Made by a program: the position numbers and the translations under genes. The notes under the pieces are model-generated. The model was not told the DNA's origin and did not search any database. It saw nothing but the letters and a program-made list of their open reading frames with translations. A DNA stretch of 24,000 bases from Paratractidigestivibacter faecalis. Its GTDB lineage: Bacteria > Actinomycetota > Coriobacteriia > Coriobacteriales > Atopobiaceae. The first letter of the stretch is position 1. The number at the start of each line of letters is the position of its first letter. Positions 13,821 through 21,178 of the stretch are shown piece after piece. The stretch lies in NCBI RefSeq assembly GCF_003416765.1, contig NZ_QSNG01000001.1:188742-212741 (forward strand). The letters are read 5' to 3'.

Positions 13821-14849
13821 ATGTCTGAGTACACCGAGAACGAGAACGTGATGGACGAGGCCCTGGAGGCCGCTGAGGAGACGGTCGAGGAGACCGAGGA
13901 GATCGTCGAGGCCGAGGAGGCTGCCGACGAGGAGACCGAGCAGGCCGAGGAGGTCGTCGCCGAGGAGCAGGACCGCGACGCCATCCTCTTTGACAAGGCA
14001 CAGCGTGCCGCCCGCCTTCTGCGCAACCGTCGCGACGCCATCTCCAAGGAGGCCGACACCAAGGCCGAGCGCATGAGCGACATGGTTCGTGCCCTCAAGC
14101 TCCTGGAGCTCAAGCCCAAGATGGAGCAGAAGGAGATGGCCGACCTGCTGGGCATGAGCCTGCGCGCCCTTGACGAGCTCATGGCCAAGGCCGAGGCCGA
14201 GGACCTGGTGGGCCGCATCGAGTCCGAGGAGGACGACAAGCGCAAGGTCGTCGTCTTCGCCGCCGAGGGCGCCGTCGAGGCTGCCGCCAACGCCAAGCCG
14301 GAGAAGGACCACTACGTCCCCAGCCTCTCTGACGAGAAGATCGACGAGATTTGCGCCATGCTCGACGAGATCATCAACCCGCTGACCGAGATGGGCCTGG
14401 ACAACGACCGTCGCGACGGCCGCGGTGGCTTCGGCGGCCGCGATGACCGTCGCGGTGGCGACCGCAACGGCTTCCGCGGCGGCGACCGTGGCGGCCGTGG
14501 CGGCTTCGGCGGCCGTGGCGGCGACCGTGGTGGCCGCGGCGGCTTCGGCGGCCGCGATGACCGTCGCGGCGGCGACCGTGGCGGCCGCAGCTTTGGCGAC
14601 CGTGACAGCCGTGGCGGCGACCGTGGTGGCCGCGGCGGCTTCGGCGGCCGCGATGACCGTCGCGGCGGCGACCGTGGCGGCCGCAGCTTTGGCGACCGTG
14701 GCGGCTACGGCAACCGTGGCGGCTACGGCGACCGTGGCGACCGTGGTGGCTACGGCGGCCGTGACAGCCGTGGCGGCGACCGTGGCGGTCGTGGCGGCTA
14801 CGGCTCCCGTGGCGGCTACGGCAACCGCGGCGGCTACAACCGCGACTAG
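13821..14849 (+). CDS. Hypothetical protein: acidic N-terminal tract, MarR-like wHTH-looking core, C-terminal RGG/RGGF/RGGY repeat tail
   Basis: ATG 13821 with SD aaggag (13811-13816); 342 aa. Residues 1-~52 are about 60% Glu/Asp. The core 'MVRALKLLELKPKMEQKEMADLLGMSLRALDELMAKAEAEDLVGRIESEEDDKRKVVVF' follows the MarR wHTH pattern by eye. Residues ~194-342 contain 23 RGG triplets by my count. A canonical terminator follows. The frame is supported by G/C-dominated third positions and the SD. Confidence 0.75.
   Translation: MSEYTENENVMDEALEAAEETVEETEEIVEAEEAADEETEQAEEVVAEEQDRDAILFDKAQRAARLLRNRRDAISKEADTKAERMSDMVRALKLLELKPKMEQKEMADLLGMSLRALDELMAKAEAEDLVGRIESEEDDKRKVVVFAAEGAVEAAANAKPEKDHYVPSLSDEKIDEICAMLDEIINPLTEMGLDNDRRDGRGGFGGRDDRRGGDRNGFRGGDRGGRGGFGGRGGDRGGRGGFGGRDDRRGGDRGGRSFGDRDSRGGDRGGRGGFGGRDDRRGGDRGGRSFGDRGGYGNRGGYGDRGDRGGYGGRDSRGGDRGGRGGYGSRGGYGNRGGYNRD
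14512..14700 (+). repeat. In-frame tandem duplication within the RGG tail coding region
   Basis: 14512-14604 and 14608-14700 are identical over 93 nt (period 96 nt = 32 codons, 'GGDRGGRGGFGGRDDRRGGDRGGRSFGDR'). A diverged third copy of the GGFGGRDDRRGGDR core lies at ~14425-14466. The whole span 14400-14846 is a degenerate GGC/CGT/GAC repeat. Confidence 0.95.
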
Positions 14850-14875
14850 CCCCTCGCTCAACGCGCAGGCGCAAA

Positions 14876-14909
14876 GGAGCCCCCGGGTCATCTCGGGGGC
14901 TCCTTTTTT
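14876..14909 (+). terminator. Rho-independent terminator of the RGG-protein gene
   Basis: ggagcccccg (14876-14885) pairs with cgggggctcc (14894-14903), a perfect 10 bp with an 8-nt loop. It is followed by tttttt (14904-14909) and preceded by aaa, so weak bidirectional use is possible. Confidence 0.85.
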
Positions 14910-14916
14910 GTTGAGA

Positions 14917-14949
14917 AATGAGACAAAGGGACAGTCCCTTTGTCTCATT
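14917..14949. other. Second, perfect 15-bp hairpin at the convergent junction with pdxT
   Basis: aatgagacaaaggga (14917-14931) pairs with tccctttgtctcatt (14935-14949) across a 3-nt loop (cag). There is no U-tract on either strand. It lies 17 nt from the pdxT stop (14966-14968). Confidence 0.6.
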
Positions 14950-14965
14950 GCGTAATTGATGTACC

Positions 14966-15538
14966 TCAGATGGCGAGAAACGCCTCGTGGACAAGGACGC
15001 TCTCGTCCAGCTCCGGGTGAAAGGCCAGGGCAAGCTGGGAGCCCTGCCTCACGGCAACGGTGCGCCCGTCGACTTGCGCGAGAACCTCCACGCCCGGGCC
15101 CGCCTCCATGACGTAGGGTGCGCGGATGAAGGTCATGGGCACCCGCCCGATTCCTGCGACCTCGCCTTCCGTATGGAAGCTCCCCAGCTGGCGACCGTAG
15201 GCGTTGCGCTGCACGAGGACGTCAAGCGTGGACAGGCGTGGCGTGCCCTTGTCGTCGTGGGCGTCCAGGCGCTTGGCGAGGAGGATAAGTCCCGCGCAGG
15301 TGGCGAGCACGGGCATGCCCTCCTCGATGCGCCGCCTCAGCCCGTCGAGCATCCCAAGCTCCTCGAGGAGCTTTCCCTGAACCGTGGACTCCCCACCGGG
15401 AAGGACCAGGCGGTCAAAGGGTTGCTCCAGGTCGGAGGCCTGCCGAAGCTCGACGCACTTCTCGCCAAGTCGGGAGAGCATGCGCTCGTGCTCGATGAAG
15501 GCGCCCTGGACGGCCAGGACCGCGGTGGTGCCGGCCAC
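14966..15538 (-). CDS. pdxT: Pyridoxal 5'-phosphate synthase, glutaminase subunit PdxT
   Basis: 190 aa. 'LVLPGGESTV', catalytic Cys in 'LATCAGLILLA', and 'LAFHPELDES' His-Glu pair. The GTG start at 15538 overlaps the pdxS stop (TAGTG). Confidence 0.92.
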   Translation of the reverse strand: MAGTTAVLAVQGAFIEHERMLSRLGEKCVELRQASDLEQPFDRLVLPGGESTVQGKLLEELGMLDGLRRRIEEGMPVLATCAGLILLAKRLDAHDDKGTPRLSTLDVLVQRNAYGRQLGSFHTEGEVAGIGRVPMTFIRAPYVMEAGPGVEVLAQVDGRTVAVRQGSQLALAFHPELDESVLVHEAFLAI

Positions 15539-16434
15539 TAGCGACCACGCTCCTCCATGATGAGCTGAATCTCGTCGGCGTTGATGCCCACCATGGCCTC
15601 GCCGAGGTTCTCGGAGAGCCTTGCTATGAGCGCGGCGTCCTCGTAGTTGGCAACGGCCTTGACGATGGCGGCCGCACGCTGGGCGGGGTTGCCGCTCTTG
15701 AAGATGCCGGAGCCCACGAAGACGCCCTCGGCGCCGAGCTGCATCATGAGCGCGGCGTCGGCCGGGGTGGCTACGCCACCGGCGGCAAAGTTGACCACGG
15801 GAAGCTTGCCGTTCTGGTGGACGTAGCGCACGAGCTCGACGGGCACGGCCAGCTCCTTGGCGGCCTCAAACAGCTCGTCCTCGCGCAGGCTCGCAACCTC
15901 GCGAATCTGGCGGCAGATCTTGCGCATGTGGCGCACGGCCTGCACCACGTCTCCGGTTCCCGGCTCGCCCTTGGTGCGGATCATCGTGGCGCCCTCGGCA
16001 ACGCGGCGCAGCGCCTCGCCCAGGTCGCGGGCACCGCAGACAAAAGGCACGTCGAACTGGGTCTTGTCGATGTGGTAGACGTCGTCGGCGGGGGAGAGTA
16101 CCTCGGACTCGTCGATGTAGTCGATGTCGATGGCCTGCAGCACCTGCGCCTCGGCGATGTGGCCGATGCGGCACTTGGCCATGACGGGGATGGACACAGC
16201 CTCCTGGATGCCGCGAATCATCGCCGGGTCGCTCATGCGGGAGACCCCGCCGGCGGCGCGGATGTCTGCGGGGATGCGCTCGAGGGCCATGACGGCGCAG
16301 GCTCCGGACGCCTCTGCAATGCGTGCCTGCTCGGGGGTGGTGACGTCCATGATGACGCCGCCCTTGAGCATCTGCGCGAGCTTGCGGTTGAGGCGAGCGC
16401 GCTCCTCGCGGGACGGGACGTTCTTCTCTGCCAT
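15538..16434 (-). CDS. pdxS: Pyridoxal 5'-phosphate synthase, lyase subunit PdxS
   Basis: Start moved to ATG 16434 (SD aaaggag, reverse complement of 16441-16447). '[23 protein letters not shown]', '[22 protein letters not shown]' and '[11 protein letters not shown]' are highly conserved PdxS blocks. 298 aa. Confidence 0.95.
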   Translation of the reverse strand: MAEKNVPSREERARLNRKLAQMLKGGVIMDVTTPEQARIAEASGACAVMALERIPADIRAAGGVSRMSDPAMIRGIQEAVSIPVMAKCRIGHIAEAQVLQAIDIDYIDESEVLSPADDVYHIDKTQFDVPFVCGARDLGEALRRVAEGATMIRTKGEPGTGDVVQAVRHMRKICRQIREVASLREDELFEAAKELAVPVELVRYVHQNGKLPVVNFAAGGVATPADAALMMQLGAEGVFVGSGIFKSGNPAQRAAAIVKAVANYEDAALIARLSENLGEAMVGINADEIQLIMEERGR

Positions 16435-16450
16435 GCGTTTCTCCTTTGCG

Positions 16451-16543
16451 TAGCCAATGCGTGTGCGAGCTATGCTAGGCCCAATCTGGCATGAGCAAAA
16501 CATCCAGACTATGACAAAATAACCAGGTCAGAATAGGACCAAT
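16451..16543. promoter_or_regulatory. pdxS/pdxR divergent control region with three same-orientation TAG(G)(N)CCAAT boxes (candidate PdxR sites)
   Basis: tagccaat (16451-16458), taggcccaat (16476-16485) and taggaccaat (16534-16543). The last two are 9/10 identical. They lie in a locally AT-rich 131-bp gap between divergent pdxS (start 16434) and pdxR (start 16566). Confidence 0.4.
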
Positions 16544-16565
16544 AAGCAGGATCGGATAAGGCCAG

Positions 16566-17978
16566 ATGCTTGACTACAACCTTGCCGAGAAGGGCGAGCT
16601 GTCTCTTTACGAGTATCTCTACCGGCGCATTCGCGATGACATTGTGTCTGGCGTCCTGGAGGCTGACGATCGTCTGCCCTCCAAGCGCTCGCTGGCGCAG
16701 CATCTGGGCGTGAGCCTGGTCACCGTCGAGGGCGCCTATGCGCAGCTCGTGGCCGAGGGCTATGTGAGGGCGCGCGCGAGGAGCGGCTACTTTGTCAACG
16801 CGCTGCCGGGGCTGCCTGTTCGGACGGCCCTCGTGCAAAGGAGCGCCACGGCCTTGCCTTCGGGGGTGGTCGCGCCGGCCGAGGCCATCCCCAAGGCGTC
16901 CGAGGATTCCGGCGAGCTGGCTCGGCTCTGGTCACGGGCCCTTCGGGACGCCCTGGCAAACGAGCCGGAGTCCGAGCTCTTCTCACCTGCTCCGCCGCAG
17001 GGCCTCTGGCGGCTTCGAGCGGCCATTGCGGACTACCTGTGCCAGACGCGTGGCATGGAGGTCGACCCCTCGTGCGTTGTGGTGGGTGCGGGCGCGCAGA
17101 CCCTGGACAATATGATCGTGCAGCTCCTGGGGCATGAGCTCACCTACGGGGTCGAGGATCCTGGGTATCCGCGGCTCACCCGCCTCTATCGGGCAAATGG
17201 GGTGAAGGTGGTCCACGTCGGCCTGGACGGCGAGGGCGTCCGTATGGACGAGGTGGGCGCTGCCTGTCCCGATGTCATGCACCTCATGCCGTCCCACCAG
17301 TTCCCAACGGGCCGCGTGACCAGCATCGCAAGAAGGTACGAGCTGCTGGGGTGGGCCTGCGCGGAGGCGGGGAGCCGCTGGATCATCGAGGATGACTACG
17401 ACTGCGAGTTCCGCCTGGCGGGGCGCCCCGTCCCGGCGCTGGCAAGCATCGACGCCACCGGTAGCGTCATATACACCAACACATTCTCAAAGGGCCTCGG
17501 TGCCGCCCTGCGCCTGGCCTATATGGTCTTGCCCGGGCAGCTGATGGAGCGCTACGGCACCGAGCTGGGCTTCTATTCCACCACGGTGAGCTCCGTCCAG
17601 CAGGTTGCCCTGGCGCGCCTGCTCGAGTCCGGCGCCTACGAGCGTCACGTGGCCCGCATGCGCAAGCGCTACCGTGAGCTGCGCGACGAGTTTGCAGACG
17701 TGCTCGCGAAGTCTGGCCTGGCCGACCGGGTCCGCATGGAGGAGGCGGACTCCGGCCTTCACTTCGTGCTGGCGGTGGGCACGTCCCTCTCCGAGGAGGA
17801 GCTGGTGGCGCGGGTCGCCGGGCCGGGCCTTTCTCCCATGCCCCTCTCTTCGTGCGCCTGCCTGCCAAAGAACCGCACGGCCCCAGATGGCCTGGCGCGT
17901 CTTGTCGTGCAGTACGGGAGCCTTGACTCCGAGGCAATCTCCGCCTTTGGGGCCGAGTTGAGCCGCGCTTTGGCATAG
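16566..17978 (+). CDS. pdxR: MocR-family regulator (GntR wHTH + aminotransferase-fold domain), PdxR-type by context
   Basis: 470 aa. N-terminal GntR HTH 'LPSKRSLAQHLGVSLVTVEGAYAQLVAEGYVRARARSGYFV', a linker, then a type-I aminotransferase-like domain with 'YTNTFSKGLGAALRLAYMV' (PLP-lysine). Transcribed divergently from pdxST, the classical PdxR arrangement. Confidence 0.85.
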   Translation: MLDYNLAEKGELSLYEYLYRRIRDDIVSGVLEADDRLPSKRSLAQHLGVSLVTVEGAYAQLVAEGYVRARARSGYFVNALPGLPVRTALVQRSATALPSGVVAPAEAIPKASEDSGELARLWSRALRDALANEPESELFSPAPPQGLWRLRAAIADYLCQTRGMEVDPSCVVVGAGAQTLDNMIVQLLGHELTYGVEDPGYPRLTRLYRANGVKVVHVGLDGEGVRMDEVGAACPDVMHLMPSHQFPTGRVTSIARRYELLGWACAEAGSRWIIEDDYDCEFRLAGRPVPALASIDATGSVIYTNTFSKGLGAALRLAYMVLPGQLMERYGTELGFYSTTVSSVQQVALARLLESGAYERHVARMRKRYRELRDEFADVLAKSGLADRVRMEEADSGLHFVLAVGTSLSEEELVARVAGPGLSPMPLSSCACLPKNRTAPDGLARLVVQYGSLDSEAISAFGAELSRALA

Positions 17979-18052
17979 GAGCGCCGGCCTCTTGGGGCCT
18001 AAATAACGTTTTGGGTTCGTGGGTCGCGCTTCTCGGCAGCGAGGGCAAATGA

Positions 18053-18085
18053 AAGAACCTGCAGGCTTTTGACCTGCGGGTTCTT
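18053..18085. terminator. Shared hairpin between convergent pdxR and the M16 peptidase gene
   Basis: aagaacctgcagg (18053-18065) pairs with cctgcgggttctt (18073-18085), 13 bp including one G-U, with a 7-nt loop. On the minus strand it is followed by tcatttg, so it more plausibly terminates the M16 gene. Confidence 0.55.
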
Positions 18086-18148
18086 GAAAGCGCTAGAGCA
18101 GCTGCCCGTGAGCGGCGAACCCAAATCGCGTTTGGGCCGCCGGGAGCC

Positions 18149-21088
18149 CTACTCTCCCACGAGCTCGCAGAGCTTGAGGTTCACGCCGGCCGCCTCGAGG
18201 GCCTCGCGGCCGCCAAAGACGCAGACGCCGGACGGGGTCTGGTCGGCCAGCGCCTCGGCAAGGCCGCGCACCTGCTCGGCGGTGCACCCAAGCTCCTGGC
18301 GGCGGATCTCTTCTCGCCAGCCGGGCTTCTGGCCGCCAAAGCGGGCGACGTCCTGGCGACGCGCCAGTGCGCGCGGCTTCACCGGGGCGTCGTGGGCGGC
18401 CACGGTGGACACCACGTAGCCGTCGAACTCCTCAGCGGTGGGCTTCCACTCGGAAAGCCATGCCGCCGCGGCGTCGTAGCACGCCAGCGTCTCGTCGACG
18501 TGCGGGTCGCGGAAGGACCAGAACTCGCGGAGGTTCTCGCCGGTGTGCTTGAAGCCGGTCCCGTAGGCGCCGCCCTTCACGCGCACCTCGTTCCACAGGT
18601 AGTCATAGGTGAGGGCCCGCGTTGCCACGGCCCAGACGCCGCGCTCGCCAGGGTCGGCGTCGGACGGCGCGAAGGCGCGCGCGACGTAGCTCACGTTGGA
18701 GGGAATGACAAAGCCCTCGTTGACGGGGACGGGCTCGGGCAGTTCCAGGGCGTGCGCGGCCACGCCCGTCCCGGCATGGAGAAGGCCCAGGTCGCCACCG
18801 GCGGCCCAGAAGCGCTCGCGGTCCTCGGCGCTGCCGATGAAGCTCACCGTGACCTCGTCGGCGGTGAAGATGCGCGCGGCCAGGTTGCCCAGGATGTCGC
18901 AGAGCCCCTGCTTGCGAGCCTCCCAGTTGCCCAGGAGCTCCTTCAGGAAGAGGAAGTAGTCGAGGCCGCCCATGAGGCTGCTCGCCTTGCTCGCGCGCGA
19001 GAAGTACGAGCCGGCCCGTGCCACGGAGGCCGCGTGCCCGCTGCCGGTGAAGTACTGCTCCATGCCCACCTTGCGCTGCGTCAGGATGTCGCGGATGCGG
19101 GCGCCGTCGGCAAAGAGGGTCTCTCCCCAGACCTCGCGCGGGATGTCGGCCAGGCGCTCGGCCTTCTCGCTGAGCGCGCAGGCGCCGACCACGAGCGTGG
19201 GCGCCGCATAGGAGAGGTCCCCCTCGTGGGTGTAGGTCTCGAGGAAGACGTCGAGGCCGCCCAGGTTCTGCTCGATGAGGGTGTCGAGGTCGGAGGCGTT
19301 GTGGCGGTGCGTGTCGAGCTTGCCCAGCAGGTCGGAGAGCACGCCCACGTACGGGAGCTCCTCCACGCGGCAGCGACGCAGGTCAAAGTAGTGGTAGACG
19401 TAGTCGATCCCGTGGGTGTCCAGCTCGTGCGCAATGCAGGGGAGAGGTGCGTCCACGTCTCGGGGCTCAGGCTCGGGCGCGGGGTCCTCGACGTCCGCCA
19501 CGGTGAGCTGGGGCAGCGTGGCCAGCGCCTCCGGCGAGTCCGGGGCCTCCTGCTCGGCGCGCAGGGCCTCCACCTCGGCGGCTATGCCGGCGAGCTCCCC
19601 GTCGCCCATGGTGGCGCGGCACGCCTCGAGCTCGGCCGCCTCCTCGGCGGCGTCGCCCCCCTCGACGGGCACGAGGTCGACCTCGGCCGCGTGCGGGTTC
19701 TGGCACACCAGCTCGCGCAGGACCTGCTCGAAGAGGCCCTTGTCCAGGCCGTCCTTGAGCGTGGCGAGGGCGTCCTCGTAGTGGACGTAGTCGAGCGGGC
19801 GCTCGTCGTCGTAGAGCCAGCTGGACATGACGCACATGGAGAGGGCCACGCCGTCGGGGTAGCCGCCCCAGTCGCCCTCGCGCAGGTTGAACTCCGCCTG
19901 GGCCAGCGCCGCGGAGAGCTTGTCGCGCGGGATGCCCTTCTCGGCAAGCTCGGCGCAGGTCTCCTCGAGAAGGGCACGGAACTTCTCGGCCGCGCCCTCC
20001 CTGGTGCCCTTGAGCTGGAACATGGCCTGGGGCTGCAGCATGCCGTCCAGCAGCATGGCCTGGAAGTCGTCGGCAAGGCCGGCGTCCATGACGCGTCGCT
20101 TGAGCGGGGCCTCGTTGGAGCCGCAGAGGGCGTCCAGCAGCACGTCGGCGGCGAGCACGCGCGTGCGGTCGGCGGCGCCGCCAATGACGTAGCTCACGCC
20201 GACGGACGCGTTGCCTGCCGCCGTCGCCATCTCCACGCGGGCGGGCGCAGGAGAGACGGGGGCCTGGAGCGTGAGCGGGTTGGGCTCGCCCGCGTCGCGC
20301 TCGGCCGCGTTGCGGAAGCGCTCGTCAATGAAGGCCAGCTCGCGGTCTATGTCCATGTCGCCGTAGAGCACGGTGTAGCTGTTGGGGAGCGCGTAGTGGC
20401 GCGCGTGGGTCTGCAGGAACCCCTCGTAGGTGAGCGTGGGGATGGCGCGCGGGTTTCCGCCGGACTCAAAGCGGTATGCGGTGTCGGGGAAGAGCTGCCT
20501 GGAGAGCGCCTGGTAGAGCACGTCGTCGGGGTCGGAGAGCGCGCCCTTCATCTCGTTGAAGACCACGCCGTTGTAGGAGAGGCGCGCGTCCGCGCCCTCT
20601 CCCTCGACCTCCAGGTGCCAGCCCTCCTGCTCGAAGATGCGCGGGCGCCGGTAGATGGCGGGGTGCAGGACCGCGTCCAGGTAGACGCTCATGAGGTTCT
20701 CGAGGTCCGCCGTGTTGGTGGAGGCCACCGGGTACATGGTCTTGTCTGGGAAGGTCAGCGCGTTCAAGAAGGTCTGCATGGACGTCTTGAGCAGGTTGAC
20801 GAAGGGCTCCTTCACCGGGTAGGCGTCAGAGCCGCACAGCACCGAGTGCTCCAGGATGTGGAAGACGCCCGTGTCGTCTGCCGGCGGGGTCTTGAAGCTG
20901 ATGGCAAAGGACTTGTTGACGTCCGCGCAGGCAAGCCACAGCGCCCTGGCGCCGGAGGCGTCGTGGCGCAGGACGTAGGCCTGGCCGGAGATCTCGGGCA
21001 CGGCCTCGACGTGGGTGACGGTGAAGCCTGCGTGGCGCGTCCCCACCGCAAGCGCGGCGTCGGGTGCGTCAAAGGTTGTCTGGTGCAT
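18149..21088 (-). CDS. Insulinase-like zinc metallopeptidase, family M16 (PreP/M16C-like, ~1000-aa form)
   Basis: 979 aa. Inverted zinc motif HxxEH in 'GVFHILEHSVLCGS' near the N-terminus, with 'FNEMKGALSDP' downstream. ATG 21088 is preceded by gaggag (reverse complement of 21094-21099). Confidence 0.88.
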   Translation of the reverse strand: MHQTTFDAPDAALAVGTRHAGFTVTHVEAVPEISGQAYVLRHDASGARALWLACADVNKSFAISFKTPPADDTGVFHILEHSVLCGSDAYPVKEPFVNLLKTSMQTFLNALTFPDKTMYPVASTNTADLENLMSVYLDAVLHPAIYRRPRIFEQEGWHLEVEGEGADARLSYNGVVFNEMKGALSDPDDVLYQALSRQLFPDTAYRFESGGNPRAIPTLTYEGFLQTHARHYALPNSYTVLYGDMDIDRELAFIDERFRNAAERDAGEPNPLTLQAPVSPAPARVEMATAAGNASVGVSYVIGGAADRTRVLAADVLLDALCGSNEAPLKRRVMDAGLADDFQAMLLDGMLQPQAMFQLKGTREGAAEKFRALLEETCAELAEKGIPRDKLSAALAQAEFNLREGDWGGYPDGVALSMCVMSSWLYDDERPLDYVHYEDALATLKDGLDKGLFEQVLRELVCQNPHAAEVDLVPVEGGDAAEEAAELEACRATMGDGELAGIAAEVEALRAEQEAPDSPEALATLPQLTVADVEDPAPEPEPRDVDAPLPCIAHELDTHGIDYVYHYFDLRRCRVEELPYVGVLSDLLGKLDTHRHNASDLDTLIEQNLGGLDVFLETYTHEGDLSYAAPTLVVGACALSEKAERLADIPREVWGETLFADGARIRDILTQRKVGMEQYFTGSGHAASVARAGSYFSRASKASSLMGGLDYFLFLKELLGNWEARKQGLCDILGNLAARIFTADEVTVSFIGSAEDRERFWAAGGDLGLLHAGTGVAAHALELPEPVPVNEGFVIPSNVSYVARAFAPSDADPGERGVWAVATRALTYDYLWNEVRVKGGAYGTGFKHTGENLREFWSFRDPHVDETLACYDAAAAWLSEWKPTAEEFDGYVVSTVAAHDAPVKPRALARRQDVARFGGQKPGWREEIRRQELGCTAEQVRGLAEALADQTPSGVCVFGGREALEAAGVNLKLCELVGE

Positions 21089-21178
21089 GTGTGCTCCTCG
21101 GTTCGCAGTTTGACGAAGAGCAGCATACCCCTAACCCGCTGGTGCTACGCTAGCAGCTCGCGTGAACCAGGGAGGACC

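Noticed and set aside
14400-14850. Tandem-repeat block considered as a possible CRISPR array or satellite
   Set aside because: The repeats are contiguous with no unique spacers, have a period divisible by 3 and are in-frame with a coding sequence. No cas genes or leader are present.
13722-15033. 408-aa (-), 219-aa (-) and 176-aa (+) ORFs over the repeat region, encoding Ala/Thr/Val-rich or Arg/His/Gly-rich repeats
   Set aside because: These are alternative readings of the GGC/CGT/GAC repeat. Only the RGG frame has an SD, continuity with a non-repetitive N-terminal region and a terminator right after its stop.
28-18035. Shared 12-mer GCGCTTCTCGCC in gene-3' hairpins at 28-39 (+) and 11872-11883 (-), and the 10-mer GCGCTTCTCG at 18026-18035: possible dispersed REP-like element
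   Set aside because: A rough estimate gives tens of chance 12-mer coincidences in 24 kb on both strands, and more with GC bias. The flanks do not align and the third copy forms only a 4-bp stem. This is not enough evidence without a whole-genome copy count.
18392-21178. First ~930 codons of the 1255-aa + strand ORF (18392..22159), the longest ORF in the track
   Set aside because: It is the exact antisense of the M16 peptidase gene and is compositionally Gly/Ala/Arg/Val/His/Asp-rich low complexity with no recognisable motifs. Only the final 326 codons, from ATG 21179 with an AGGGAGG SD, look like a real membrane transporter. Long stop-free antisense frames are expected at this G+C content.
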